A DNA stretch of 24,000 bases from Aliivibrio sp. S3MY1. GTDB lineage: Bacteria; Pseudomonadota; Gammaproteobacteria; Enterobacterales; Vibrionaceae. Under the pieces are notes generated by a model that was given only the letters and a program-made list of their open reading frames with translations, was not told where the DNA came from and searched no databases. Made by a program: the position numbers and the translations under genes. The stretch covers positions 130,733 through 154,732 of the forward strand of contig NZ_JARACO010000002.1 of the NCBI RefSeq assembly GCF_028765575.1, in the 5' to 3' direction. Of this stretch, positions 16,170 to 24,000 are shown in pieces (position 1 is the stretch's first letter; the number at the start of each line of letters is the position of its first letter).

Positions 16170-18083
16170 CTATTGTAGAGCTTCAAGTTCTTCCCAACGC
16201 TCGAATGCCACTTCCAACTCTTGCTCGGCTTGAGCTAGGCGTCCTAAGACTTCATCTGTCTTTTTAGGATCTTGTTGGAAGAAAGACGCGCTGTTCACTT
16301 TCTCTTGAAGTTCAGTAATTTCGTTTTCTAATTTTTCTAACGTTTCAGGTAACTGTTCAAGCTCACGCTGTAACTTATATGATAATTTCTTTGGCTTAGC
16401 AGCCTGCTCTACTGTTTGAGTTTTAGCAGCAACTGGTTCCGCTTTTTCTTTTACTTTTGGAGCCATCGCATCACGAGTCGCCTGTACATTAGCACGTTGA
16501 CGCTGTGCATCGTGATAGCCACCTACGAATTCTTCGATCTGGCCCTCACCTTCGAAGATCCAACTGGTCATTACTGTGTTATCAACGAACTGGCGATCGT
16601 GACTTACTAATAATAATGTACCCTGATAGTTGGCAAGTAATTCTTCTAAAAGTTCCAATGTTTCGATATCTAAATCATTGGTTGGTTCATCAAGAATCAA
16701 TAAATTGTTTGGACGAAGGAACAAACGCGCAAGTAATAGACGGTTTTTCTCACCACCAGACAATGCTTTAACAGGTTGACGAGCACGTTTTGGCGAGAAT
16801 AAGAAATCTTGTAAGTAGCTTAATGCATGACGCTCACGGCCACCCACTGTTACTTCTTGTTTACCATCTGCTAGATTATCAATAACCGTTTTTTCAGGAT
16901 CTAATGCTTCACGATATTGGTCAAAGTAAGCCACTTCTAATTTCGTACCACAATGCAATTTACCTGAATCAGGTTGCAGTTGGTCAAGCATCAGTTTAAG
17001 TAACGTACTCTTACCACAACCATTCGCACCAATTAGTGCAATTCGGTCGCCACGCATAACATTGAAGCTGAAGTTCTTAACAATGTTTTTGCCATCAATT
17101 GAGTAATGAAGGTTTTCAGCTTCAAAGACAATTTTACCTGAACGATTTGACTCATCCACTTGGATATTGGCTTTACCCATTACTTCACGACGCTCTGAAC
17201 GCTCACGACGTAATTGTTTTAATGCACGAACACGACCTTCATTACGAGTACGACGTGCTTTAATGCCTTCACGGATCCACGCTTCTTCTTGAGCAAGAAC
17301 TTTATCAAACTGTGCGTTTTGATCGGCTTCTACACGCAGTGCTTCTTCTTTCGCTAGTAAGTATTCTTCATAGTTGCCAGGGTAAGAAGATAAGTTACCA
17401 CGGTCTAAATCTACAATACGTGTCGCCATTGATTGAATGAATGCACGGTCATGCGAGATAAAGATAATTGAACCTTTAAAATCTTTTAAGAAAGTTTCAA
17501 GCCATTCAATCGTCGTTACGTCTAAGTGGTTGGTTGGTTCATCAAGAAGTAATACATCAGGATCAGAAACCAAAGCACGAGCTAACGCCGCTTTACGTTG
17601 CCAGCCACCAGATAAATCCGTTAATAGCGTATGACCATCTAATTTCAATGATTCAAGAACCGATTGAATACGCATATCAAAATGCCATGCATTAAGGTGA
17701 TCAATTTTTTCTTGAGCACGAGATAGCTTATTAATGTTTGATTCACTTGGATCAGTTTCTAGTAAATCAAGAAGACGGTGATACTCTTTTAAGTATTTAC
17801 CCGCCTCTGCTAGACCTTCTGATACGTAATCAAATACAGTGCCGCTCTCATTACGCGGTGGATCTTGCTCTAGACGAGAAACCACCACATCTTGATTAAT
17901 TTGAAGTTTGCCGTCATCCATAATGATGTCACCAGCAATCACTTTCATTAGCGTTGATTTACCTGCACCGTTACGGCCAACTAAACACACTCGCTCATTT
18001 TCTTGTAAAGCGAAATCAGATTTGTCTAATAGCGGATGATCACCAAACGCTAATTGACCGTTATTAATTGTAAGTAATGCCAT
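16170..18083 (-). CDS. uup: ABC-F family ATPase Uup
   Basis: 637-aa ORF with two ABC cassettes (Walker A GRNGAGKST and GANGCGKST; signatures LSGGWQRK and LSGGEKNR) and a C-terminal coiled-coil tail. It lies downstream of rlmL as in E. coli. Confidence 0.92.
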   Translation of the reverse strand: MALLTINNGQLAFGDHPLLDKSDFALQENERVCLVGRNGAGKSTLMKVIAGDIIMDDGKLQINQDVVVSRLEQDPPRNESGTVFDYVSEGLAEAGKYLKEYHRLLDLLETDPSESNINKLSRAQEKIDHLNAWHFDMRIQSVLESLKLDGHTLLTDLSGGWQRKAALARALVSDPDVLLLDEPTNHLDVTTIEWLETFLKDFKGSIIFISHDRAFIQSMATRIVDLDRGNLSSYPGNYEEYLLAKEEALRVEADQNAQFDKVLAQEEAWIREGIKARRTRNEGRVRALKQLRRERSERREVMGKANIQVDESNRSGKIVFEAENLHYSIDGKNIVKNFSFNVMRGDRIALIGANGCGKSTLLKLMLDQLQPDSGKLHCGTKLEVAYFDQYREALDPEKTVIDNLADGKQEVTVGGRERHALSYLQDFLFSPKRARQPVKALSGGEKNRLLLARLFLRPNNLLILDEPTNDLDIETLELLEELLANYQGTLLLVSHDRQFVDNTVMTSWIFEGEGQIEEFVGGYHDAQRQRANVQATRDAMAPKVKEKAEPVAAKTQTVEQAAKPKKLSYKLQRELEQLPETLEKLENEITELQEKVNSASFFQQDPKKTDEVLGRLAQAEQELEVAFERWEELEALQ

Positions 18084-18306
18084 TGTCTTCTAACCAATTC
18101 TTTAATTGCGATATATTGAATGGCCAATTGAGCTCAGATAAGCCATTGGCCACCACAGGTATTGTGACACCGTAACGAGAGAAAAGCTCATCGTTGAACG
18201 CTATGTCTACCGTGTCTACTTTTTCGATATCTACACCCACCTCCACAAGCAAGTCAAACGCTTGCTCGCAAAGATGGCAGCCTTCCGTGCTATAGAGAGT
18301 AATCAT
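18064..18306 (-). CDS. Glutaredoxin-like small thioredoxin-fold protein (DUF836 type)
   Basis: 80-aa ORF with a CxxC motif (EGCHLCE) near the N-terminus. Its 3' end overlaps the uup start by 20 nt. Confidence 0.7.
   Translation of the reverse strand: MITLYSTEGCHLCEQAFDLLVEVGVDIEKVDTVDIAFNDELFSRYGVTIPVVANGLSELNWPFNISQLKNWLEDNGITYN
18164..18176. other. matS-like palindrome (one variant arm)
   Basis: GTGACACCGTAAC, inside the glutaredoxin-like coding sequence. Confidence 0.5.
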
Positions 18307-18312
18307 TCGTCT

Positions 18313-20430
18313 CTAGTCTTCCTTGTGAGTAATAATCCAACAGTTATGAATGTGTTTATTACGAGCAAAATCAAGCGGCAATGTTTGCTTAGAAATATTC
18401 TTCGCTTTAAGCCCTGCTTTCTCTAGCGCTTCGTCATCCATTTTGAAGTTACGTTTATTGTTCGAGAATACGATTGTTCCGTTCTCACGTAGCATACGTT
18501 TTAGGTTCTCAAGTAACATGATGTGATCACGTTGAACATCAAACGTTTGTTCCATGCGCTTAGAGTTAGAGAACGTTGGTGGATCGATAAAGATTAAATC
18601 AAACTCACCTTCCGCTTGTTGTAGCCATTGTAGACAGTCTGCTTGTAAGAACTGATGCTGAGTACCGGTTTGATCATTGGTATTCATGTTCTTCTGTGCC
18701 CACTCTAGGTAGGTACGAGACATATCAATGGTCATGGTAGATTTTGCACCACCACAAGCCGCATGAACGGTTGCAGAACCGGTGTAAGCAAATAGGTTTA
18801 AGAAATCTTTGCCTGCTGCCATTTCACCAATCATTTTACGAGTTAACTTATGATCTAAGAATAACCCCGTATCTAGGTAATCTTGTAGGTTAACGATCAG
18901 TTTTACGCCGTACTCTTCAACATCAAAGTAGCGAGATTTCTCAGCCAGTTTTTGATATTGATTTTTGCCTGATTGCTTTTGACGAACTTTCAAAATTACG
19001 TTATTTGTTTCTACGCCAGTAACAAGAACCGTTGCACGGATCATATCGGTTAAACGACGACGTGTTTTATCTTCAGAAATTGTTTTTGGTGCGGCGTATT
19101 CTTGAATGATGATGTAATCTTTGTAAACATCAATCGCTGCATTGTAATCTGGTAAATCAGCATCGTAGATACGGTAACAATCTAGTTTCTCTTTACGAGC
19201 CCACTTACCAATCTTACCTAGGTTCTTTTTAAGACGGTTCATGAATTCAGGAGCAACTTCAACGTTAACCGCTTCTTTACGTTCAGCTGATTCTGTAATT
19301 GAGTAGTTTTTCTGAACACACGGTAATGCACCATTGTTCAGTTTAAATTGCTTATCAGCACGCATACGTATACATGCTAATAAATCATCGTTACTTGAAT
19401 AGATTGATGCAGTACAACCACCAAACTGTTCTTTAAGTTGGCGGCCAAACTCACTGTACAACGCAATCAATGCAGGCTCAGTACTTAAACGCTCACCATA
19501 TGGTGGGTTACAAATCACTACGCCATTTTCAAATGCTTCTGGACGCTCAATCTTAGTTGCATCACCAACATCAAACGTAATTAAATCTTCAACGCCAGCA
19601 CGACGGGCATTTTCACGAGCCGTTTGAATAACACGGTAATCACGATCAAAACCATAGAAATGGGTATCTACTTTCTTAACGCCACGACGACTCTTAACAC
19701 GAGCTTCTGAGCGAATTTCAGTCCATAGCTCTTCATCAAAATCATTCAGTGCTTCAAAACACCATTTCTCACGCTTAACACCAGGTGCCATTTCACAAGC
19801 CATTAGTGCCGCTTCAATCAGTAACGTACCTGAACCACACATTGGGTCTAATAATGGTTTGCTCTCATCCCAAGTACTACGAAGTACTAAGGCTGCAGCT
19901 AATGTTTCACGTAATGGAGCACGACCTGCTTCAGTACGGTAGCCACGTTGATGTAAACCTGAACCAATTAAGTCAAAGCCAAGAATCCCTTTCTCACCAG
20001 ATAAACGCATATGTACACGCAAATCAGGTTCAGCTTTATCAATATTTGGACGCTCTAAGTCAGCTTTTGTAAAACGGTCAACAATCGCATCTTTAACTTT
20101 TAATGCGCCGTATTGGCTGTTTCGAATCTCACGGTTAGTACCGTTAAAGTCCACCACCAATGTTTTATCAGCACTGAAATAATTAGGCCAATTGATTGCA
20201 GAAGCACCTAGATATAAATCCATATCATCACGAACATCAAACTCAGACAGAACTTGAATAAAACGTGACGCGATACGGCTCCATAAGCAACAACGATAAA
20301 CAACCTCGGTTGGAGCTTCAAACATTACCCCTGCATAAACCAATTTTGGGTCTGTAACACCAAGTGCAATAAGTTCGTCAGCGAGTAGGTTTTCAAGGCC
20401 TTTAGAAGTGATGGCTAAGTATTTTTTCAT
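18313..20430 (-). CDS. rlmL: Bifunctional 23S rRNA methyltransferase RlmKL (m2G2445 / m7G2069)
   Basis: 705-aa ORF with an N-terminal THUMP-like region, an NPPYGERL motif in the first methyltransferase domain and DPPTF in the second. Its size and neighbours (uup, zapC) match E. coli. Confidence 0.92.
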   Translation of the reverse strand: MKKYLAITSKGLENLLADELIALGVTDPKLVYAGVMFEAPTEVVYRCCLWSRIASRFIQVLSEFDVRDDMDLYLGASAINWPNYFSADKTLVVDFNGTNREIRNSQYGALKVKDAIVDRFTKADLERPNIDKAEPDLRVHMRLSGEKGILGFDLIGSGLHQRGYRTEAGRAPLRETLAAALVLRSTWDESKPLLDPMCGSGTLLIEAALMACEMAPGVKREKWCFEALNDFDEELWTEIRSEARVKSRRGVKKVDTHFYGFDRDYRVIQTARENARRAGVEDLITFDVGDATKIERPEAFENGVVICNPPYGERLSTEPALIALYSEFGRQLKEQFGGCTASIYSSNDDLLACIRMRADKQFKLNNGALPCVQKNYSITESAERKEAVNVEVAPEFMNRLKKNLGKIGKWARKEKLDCYRIYDADLPDYNAAIDVYKDYIIIQEYAAPKTISEDKTRRRLTDMIRATVLVTGVETNNVILKVRQKQSGKNQYQKLAEKSRYFDVEEYGVKLIVNLQDYLDTGLFLDHKLTRKMIGEMAAGKDFLNLFAYTGSATVHAACGGAKSTMTIDMSRTYLEWAQKNMNTNDQTGTQHQFLQADCLQWLQQAEGEFDLIFIDPPTFSNSKRMEQTFDVQRDHIMLLENLKRMLRENGTIVFSNNKRNFKMDDEALEKAGLKAKNISKQTLPLDFARNKHIHNCWIITHKED

Positions 20431-20928
20431 GGGATTCTTTTGGTTATTAAATTACCTCGCATTATACATGAATCTAGTTGAAAGAGGACAATTAGATTGT
20501 AGATAAACACAAAGTCCACCACCTAACTAATTTCTTAAAAAACATATAGTTAACAATTAACCATACGAACCCTTTCTCACTGCGTTTCTAAACAGAAACA
20601 AATAAGAGCAACTGGATCACGCAAAAAACTGGACTATACCAATTGATTTTCATATGGGTTATTTAGTTACACATCGGCGTAAATGAGGAATTTATTTATA
20701 TTGCAGATAATTCTATCAGTGGGATATTAAAAATAAATATGCGGAATCTTGGGACTAGATCTCATTTATAAGAGACAGTAATACGGGAAAATTAACACTA
20801 AATATACAAAATAAAAGCTAGAATGACTTCTTTTGGGGAAGTTTGAATAACACTTTAAAGGTGAGATAAGGCGTTTACGTGAATTAAGAGTGGTACTAAA
20901 GAGAAGTTAAAATAGAAAAGAAGGCTTA

Positions 20929-21468
20929 CTACCCTACTAATGCATAGTAAGCAGAGTTAACCACTTGCATCTTAGCCATGCGATCGTGCATCACTTTAAT
21001 CGGCTCACAAAACGCCATGTATTTGGTTGGATTAAGTGCAAACGAGTCCATATCTACCAACATACACATACTGGCACATTCGTAGTTCTCAACAATAATG
21101 AAACGTCCTTCACCTAAATCATTTTTAAGAGAGACCACTTCCCCTTCTTCAGGGAAATATCCTTCACCTTGTGGCTCAAAGAACCAACTTTTAGGTAACA
21201 TAGGCTTATGAAAGCGCTTTGCTGCTACACAGTTAAGTGCAAGTTCCACTTTACGAGGCTCTGATAGTGGAAGAAAAGAAATGTATTCTACAAACATTTG
21301 ATAGGCAGAGGCATCATCGACAGAGAATTTACATTGCTCAAAAGCACCATCGATAAGAACCTTACAAGGTAAATTCACACGAAAGACCATATCCATACCC
21401 AAATCGAGCATTAGAGATTGTGCTTTATTATCGTAATACCAATTCCATGTATCACTGGGTTTAAGCAT
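20929..21468 (-). CDS. zapC: Cell division protein ZapC
   Basis: [13 protein letters not shown]...MLDLG..., ...[10 protein letters not shown]... is colinear with E. coli ZapC ([24 protein letters not shown]..., LKPQMPKSWHF). The track ORF starts at an upstream TTG (21513); I prefer the ATG at 21468, giving 179 aa. Confidence 0.85.
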   Translation of the reverse strand: MLKPSDTWNWYYDNKAQSLMLDLGMDMVFRVNLPCKVLIDGAFEQCKFSVDDASAYQMFVEYISFLPLSEPRKVELALNCVAAKRFHKPMLPKSWFFEPQGEGYFPEEGEVVSLKNDLGEGRFIIVENYECASMCMLVDMDSFALNPTKYMAFCEPIKVMHDRMAKMQVVNSAYYALVG

Positions 21469-21610
21469 TATGGTTTCTCTCTTGAAAATGGGAAGCGTCC
21501 CTTCGTAAGCCAATCATCAATTACTGCAAATTATACTGAAAACTTGTGCTTATTTTCAGGCAAAAATATACTGATGCAATTAACTTCTAATTTTACAAGA
21601 GCTTAGGAAT

Positions 21611-21636
21611 AAAAAAAGGGGAAATTCACATTCCCC
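21611..21636 (-). terminator. Rho-independent terminator of pyrD
   Basis: Stem ggggaa / ttcccc (21618..21623 and 21631..21636) with a 7-nt loop, followed on the minus strand by a run of 7 T. Confidence 0.75.
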
Positions 21637-21684
21637 CTTCTAATCGAATAATCTGTAAGCAACTTTCACTACTTTTTATAACAA

Positions 21685-22695
21685 TTAGATATTATTCACA
21701 ATATCTTTAACTAATGCAGGACCTTTATAAATAAAGCCAGAGTACACTTGAACCAGATCGGCACCAGCCATCATCTTCTCTTTTGCCGCAACATAAGAGT
21801 CAACGCCTCCTACCCCAATGATAGGTAAGTTATCACCAAGCAGCTCTTTAAGACGACGAACAACTTCAGTACTGCGAGTTTGAACAGGACGACCACTTAA
21901 GCCCCCCATTTCTTCTGCGTGCTTCATGCCTTCAACCATAGAACGATCTAATGTTGTATTGGTTGCAATCACACCATCAATCTTAAACTTAATTAACGAA
22001 GCTGCAATTTGAGATAATTCGTTATCATCCAGATCTGGTGCAATTTTTAGTGCAATCGGAACATACTTACCGAACTTCTCTGCTAACTCTGTTTGTTTAT
22101 CTTTTAATTGAGAAAGAAGATCATCCAATGCTTCGCCATATTGAAGCGTGCGAAGTCCTGGAGTGTTTGGTGATGAGATATTAATCGCAATGTAACCTGC
22201 GTATTGATATACCTTCTCCATACAAATTAGGTAATCTTCAGTACCCTTTTCAATTGGCGTGTCTTTGTTTTTACCAATGTTAATACCAATAACACCATCA
22301 AACTTTGCTTTCTTTACGTTCTCAACAAGATTATCAACACCAAGGTTATTGAAACCCATACGGTTGATAATTCCTTCCGCTTCAATAAGACGGAATAGAC
22401 GAGGCTTATCATTACCTGCTTGAGGACGAGGAGTTACCGTTCCCACTTCAATAAAACCAAAACCCATTGCACCAAATGCTTCAATACATTCGCCGTTTTT
22501 ATCAAGACCAGCCGCAAGGCCAAGTGGGTTCTTAAAGGTAATGCCCATGACATCTACAGGTTTAGAAGCCAATTTTTGACGATAGAAGAGATCGAGAGGA
22601 GTGCCGGTAAAGCGTTTGAAATTTTGAATTGCTAGGTCATGTGCTTTTTCAGCATCAAGTTTGAAAATGCCAGCTCTGGCGATGCGATATAACAT
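21685..22695 (-). CDS. pyrD: Dihydroorotate dehydrogenase (quinone), class 2
   Basis: 336-aa ORF colinear with E. coli PyrD across its whole length ([57 protein letters not shown]). Confidence 0.97.
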   Translation of the reverse strand: MLYRIARAGIFKLDAEKAHDLAIQNFKRFTGTPLDLFYRQKLASKPVDVMGITFKNPLGLAAGLDKNGECIEAFGAMGFGFIEVGTVTPRPQAGNDKPRLFRLIEAEGIINRMGFNNLGVDNLVENVKKAKFDGVIGINIGKNKDTPIEKGTEDYLICMEKVYQYAGYIAINISSPNTPGLRTLQYGEALDDLLSQLKDKQTELAEKFGKYVPIALKIAPDLDDNELSQIAASLIKFKIDGVIATNTTLDRSMVEGMKHAEEMGGLSGRPVQTRSTEVVRRLKELLGDNLPIIGVGGVDSYVAAKEKMMAGADLVQVYSGFIYKGPALVKDIVNNI

Positions 22696-22923
22696 TGTAA
22701 CTCCAAAATAAGTCCCGTATAAACGGAGAGTGATTATTCACTGATTCTATTCACAATTCAAACTTAATCGTACTTTATTCATTAATATTTACAGTTCACT
22801 TTCCACCCTTAATTTTAGTAAGAAATAATAAATCAATAAAAATGACTATTAATGTAGGTAAGTGAGAAAAATCTCGGGGAAATAACAAGGGGAAGTGAAT
22901 ATAAACTCACTCCCCCTATTATC

Positions 22924-22939
22924 AGGCAAACGTTTGTCT
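22924..22939. promoter_or_regulatory. PurR-box-like operator upstream of pyrD
   Basis: AGGCAAACGTTTGTCT has a core GCAAACGTTTG identical to the PUR box and matches about 13 of 16 positions of ACGCAAACGTTTGCGT. It sits within the 22-bp palindrome ATCAGGCAAACGTTTGTCTGAT (22921..22942). Confidence 0.5.
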
Positions 22940-22967
22940 GATCGCATTAATCAGCGAATTTGTTACT

Positions 22968-24000
22968 CTATTGTTTTGACGTACAGCTTAAGTTTAGTAA
23001 CGTAAGTTCTCTTAATGCTACCGAGAATTTAGCAAACTCATGGACTGAACCTACCTTAAATTCATTCAAGATATTATCCCAACGTCCTACTGATGTAGCA
23101 TTCTTTTCACACCACTCTTCAATGGCCTTTTCTACTGACTCGGTATCTTTGTACTCAGCAAGCACTAATTGAGTCAGTTGACGTTGCTGCCAATCTAAGT
23201 CTTCACGAAAAGAAGCACGAGCAAGCGCTTGCCAATGGTTATCAACACCTTGGTTATTAATCTGTTTTAAGAACCAATGCAGAGATAACTTATCACCCAG
23301 AACATAGTATAAACGCGCCGTCGTTGAAACCGGTTGCTTCATATCTACCGCAACAGCTGAAATGTCCATTGCAGAGTACAAGCTACTTAGCCGAGCAAGA
23401 ACATTACCTAGCTCACAAGGTACACCCATTTCTAGATAGTGATTAGCTTGTTCAATATGCTCAACTACTTCATCGTTAACTAAGTAACTATCAAGGTTAT
23501 CTTTAATCTCATAAACTGCAGGCTTATATTTTTCAATAAGCTCCTGAATTGACATATTTTGTGAGCCATTACGTAATAACCAACGAGTCACTCGACGAAT
23601 GGTTCTACGCATTGCAAATAATGCTTCATACTGAGCCTCTGTCGTTGAGATATTATCGAGATTACGGATCTGTTTAAATAAGTCACCAAAATCAAAAATA
23701 GCTCGAGTCGCTGAATACGCATTGGCTATATCAGTGACGGTGTAACCTGTTTCTTCTTGCAAACGAGTGATGAAGTTACAACCCATCTCATTAACCATCT
23801 GATTTGCTAAACAAGTCGCGATGATTTCTGAGCGTAGAGGATGATTATCCATTTCTGCTTTATAGTTACGTTGTAACTCTGTTGGGAAGTAAGTCGTCAG
23901 TAAATCAGCATGGTATGGATTATGTGCAATCTCATCACAGGCTAACTCATCCTTTAGAACCATTTTTCCATAAGCCACAAGAACTGAAAGCTCTGGACGA
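22968..24000 (-). CDS. NAD-specific glutamate dehydrogenase (large Bac_GDH type), C-terminal part; continues beyond the window
   Basis: The frame stays open past the track's GTG start to the window edge (...RPELSVLVAYGKMVLKDEL...). The C-terminal region resembles the ~1600-aa NAD-GDH family. Confidence 0.8.
   Translation of the reverse strand, partial: RPELSVLVAYGKMVLKDELACDEIAHNPYHADLLTTYFPTELQRNYKAEMDNHPLRSEIIATCLANQMVNEMGCNFITRLQEETGYTVTDIANAYSATRAIFDFGDLFKQIRNLDNISTTEAQYEALFAMRRTIRRVTRWLLRNGSQNMSIQELIEKYKPAVYEIKDNLDSYLVNDEVVEHIEQANHYLEMGVPCELGNVLARLSSLYSAMDISAVAVDMKQPVSTTARLYYVLGDKLSLHWFLKQINNQGVDNHWQALARASFREDLDWQQRQLTQLVLAEYKDTESVEKAIEEWCEKNATSVGRWDNILNEFKVGSVHEFAKFSVALRELTLLNLSCTSKQ
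23734..23746. other. matS-like palindrome (one variant arm)
   Basis: GTGACGGTGTAAC, inside the NAD-GDH coding sequence. Confidence 0.5.
23865..23877. other. matS-like palindrome (both arms variant)
   Basis: GTTACGTTGTAAC, inside the NAD-GDH coding sequence, 119 bp from the previous site. Confidence 0.4.

Noticed and set aside
12087-17634. Assorted 60 to 95 aa ORFs antisense to or out of frame with ycbZ, the GlyGly-CTERM gene and uup (12087..12281, 14770..15054, 14946..15137, 16416..16610, 16505..16771, 17437..17634)
   Set aside because: They are shadow ORFs inside longer, well-supported genes.
19785-23172. ORFs 19785..20072, 21418..21606, 22420..22635 and 22960..23172
   Set aside because: They are antisense shadows of rlmL, zapC, pyrD and the gdh 3' end. 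21418..21606 also runs through the zapC start and the pyrD terminator.
1-24000. KOPS (GGGNAGGG) polarity toward dif, and a GC-skew switch
   Set aside because: I found no exact GGGNAGGG octamer by eye in this low-GC window, and I cannot compute skew reliably by hand. Neither is used as evidence; both are proposed only as checks.
1-24000. Defence island, prophage, integron, CRISPR, toxin-antitoxin or other novel multi-gene system
   Set aside because: Every ORF above about 150 aa has a confident housekeeping assignment in conserved synteny. There are no integrase, transposase or phage genes and no direct-repeat arrays. The only unexplained coding sequence is the single 148-aa ORF at 9304..9750.

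Overview
This window looks like core chromosome from a low-GC member of the Vibrionaceae; that assignment is inferred from recalled protein similarity and gene order, with no search run. From left to right the genes are: uspE, fnr, a cbb3 oxidase maturation and structural cluster (TauE/DsbD_2-like gene, ccoS, ccoI, ccoH, ccoP, ccoQ, ccoO, ccoN, all on the minus strand), a small orphan membrane ORF, and a 660-bp gene-free AT-rich gap. After the gap come a DUF1439-type lipoprotein, matP, a Lon-like protease (ycbZ type), fabA, rmf, an apparent rlmL / glutaredoxin-like / uup / GlyGly-CTERM protein operon, zapC, pyrD and the 3' end of a large NAD-glutamate dehydrogenase gene. Two real genes shorter than 60 aa (ccoS, rmf) are missing from the supplied ORF track and were found by hand translation. 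I see no tRNA or rRNA genes, CRISPR array, transposase, integrase, phage genes or recognisable defence or toxin system, and no convincing novel multi-gene system. The most interesting signal is non-coding. The AT-rich gap contains a canonical 28-bp XerCD dif site (10190..10217), so the window appears to span the replication terminus. The window also carries eight copies of a matS-type palindrome GT[G/T]AC-N3-GT[C/A]AC, where about 0.1 would be expected by chance. Two copies bracket dif within 200 bp, and one overlaps the predicted promoter of matP, which lies about 0.8 kb from dif. The sequence left of dif also holds structured repeats and a degenerate inverted dif-like 28-mer that could be a scar of an XerCD-dependent integrating element, but that evidence is weak. 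All coordinates and motif matches were read by eye from the sequence, and consensus sequences are quoted from memory.
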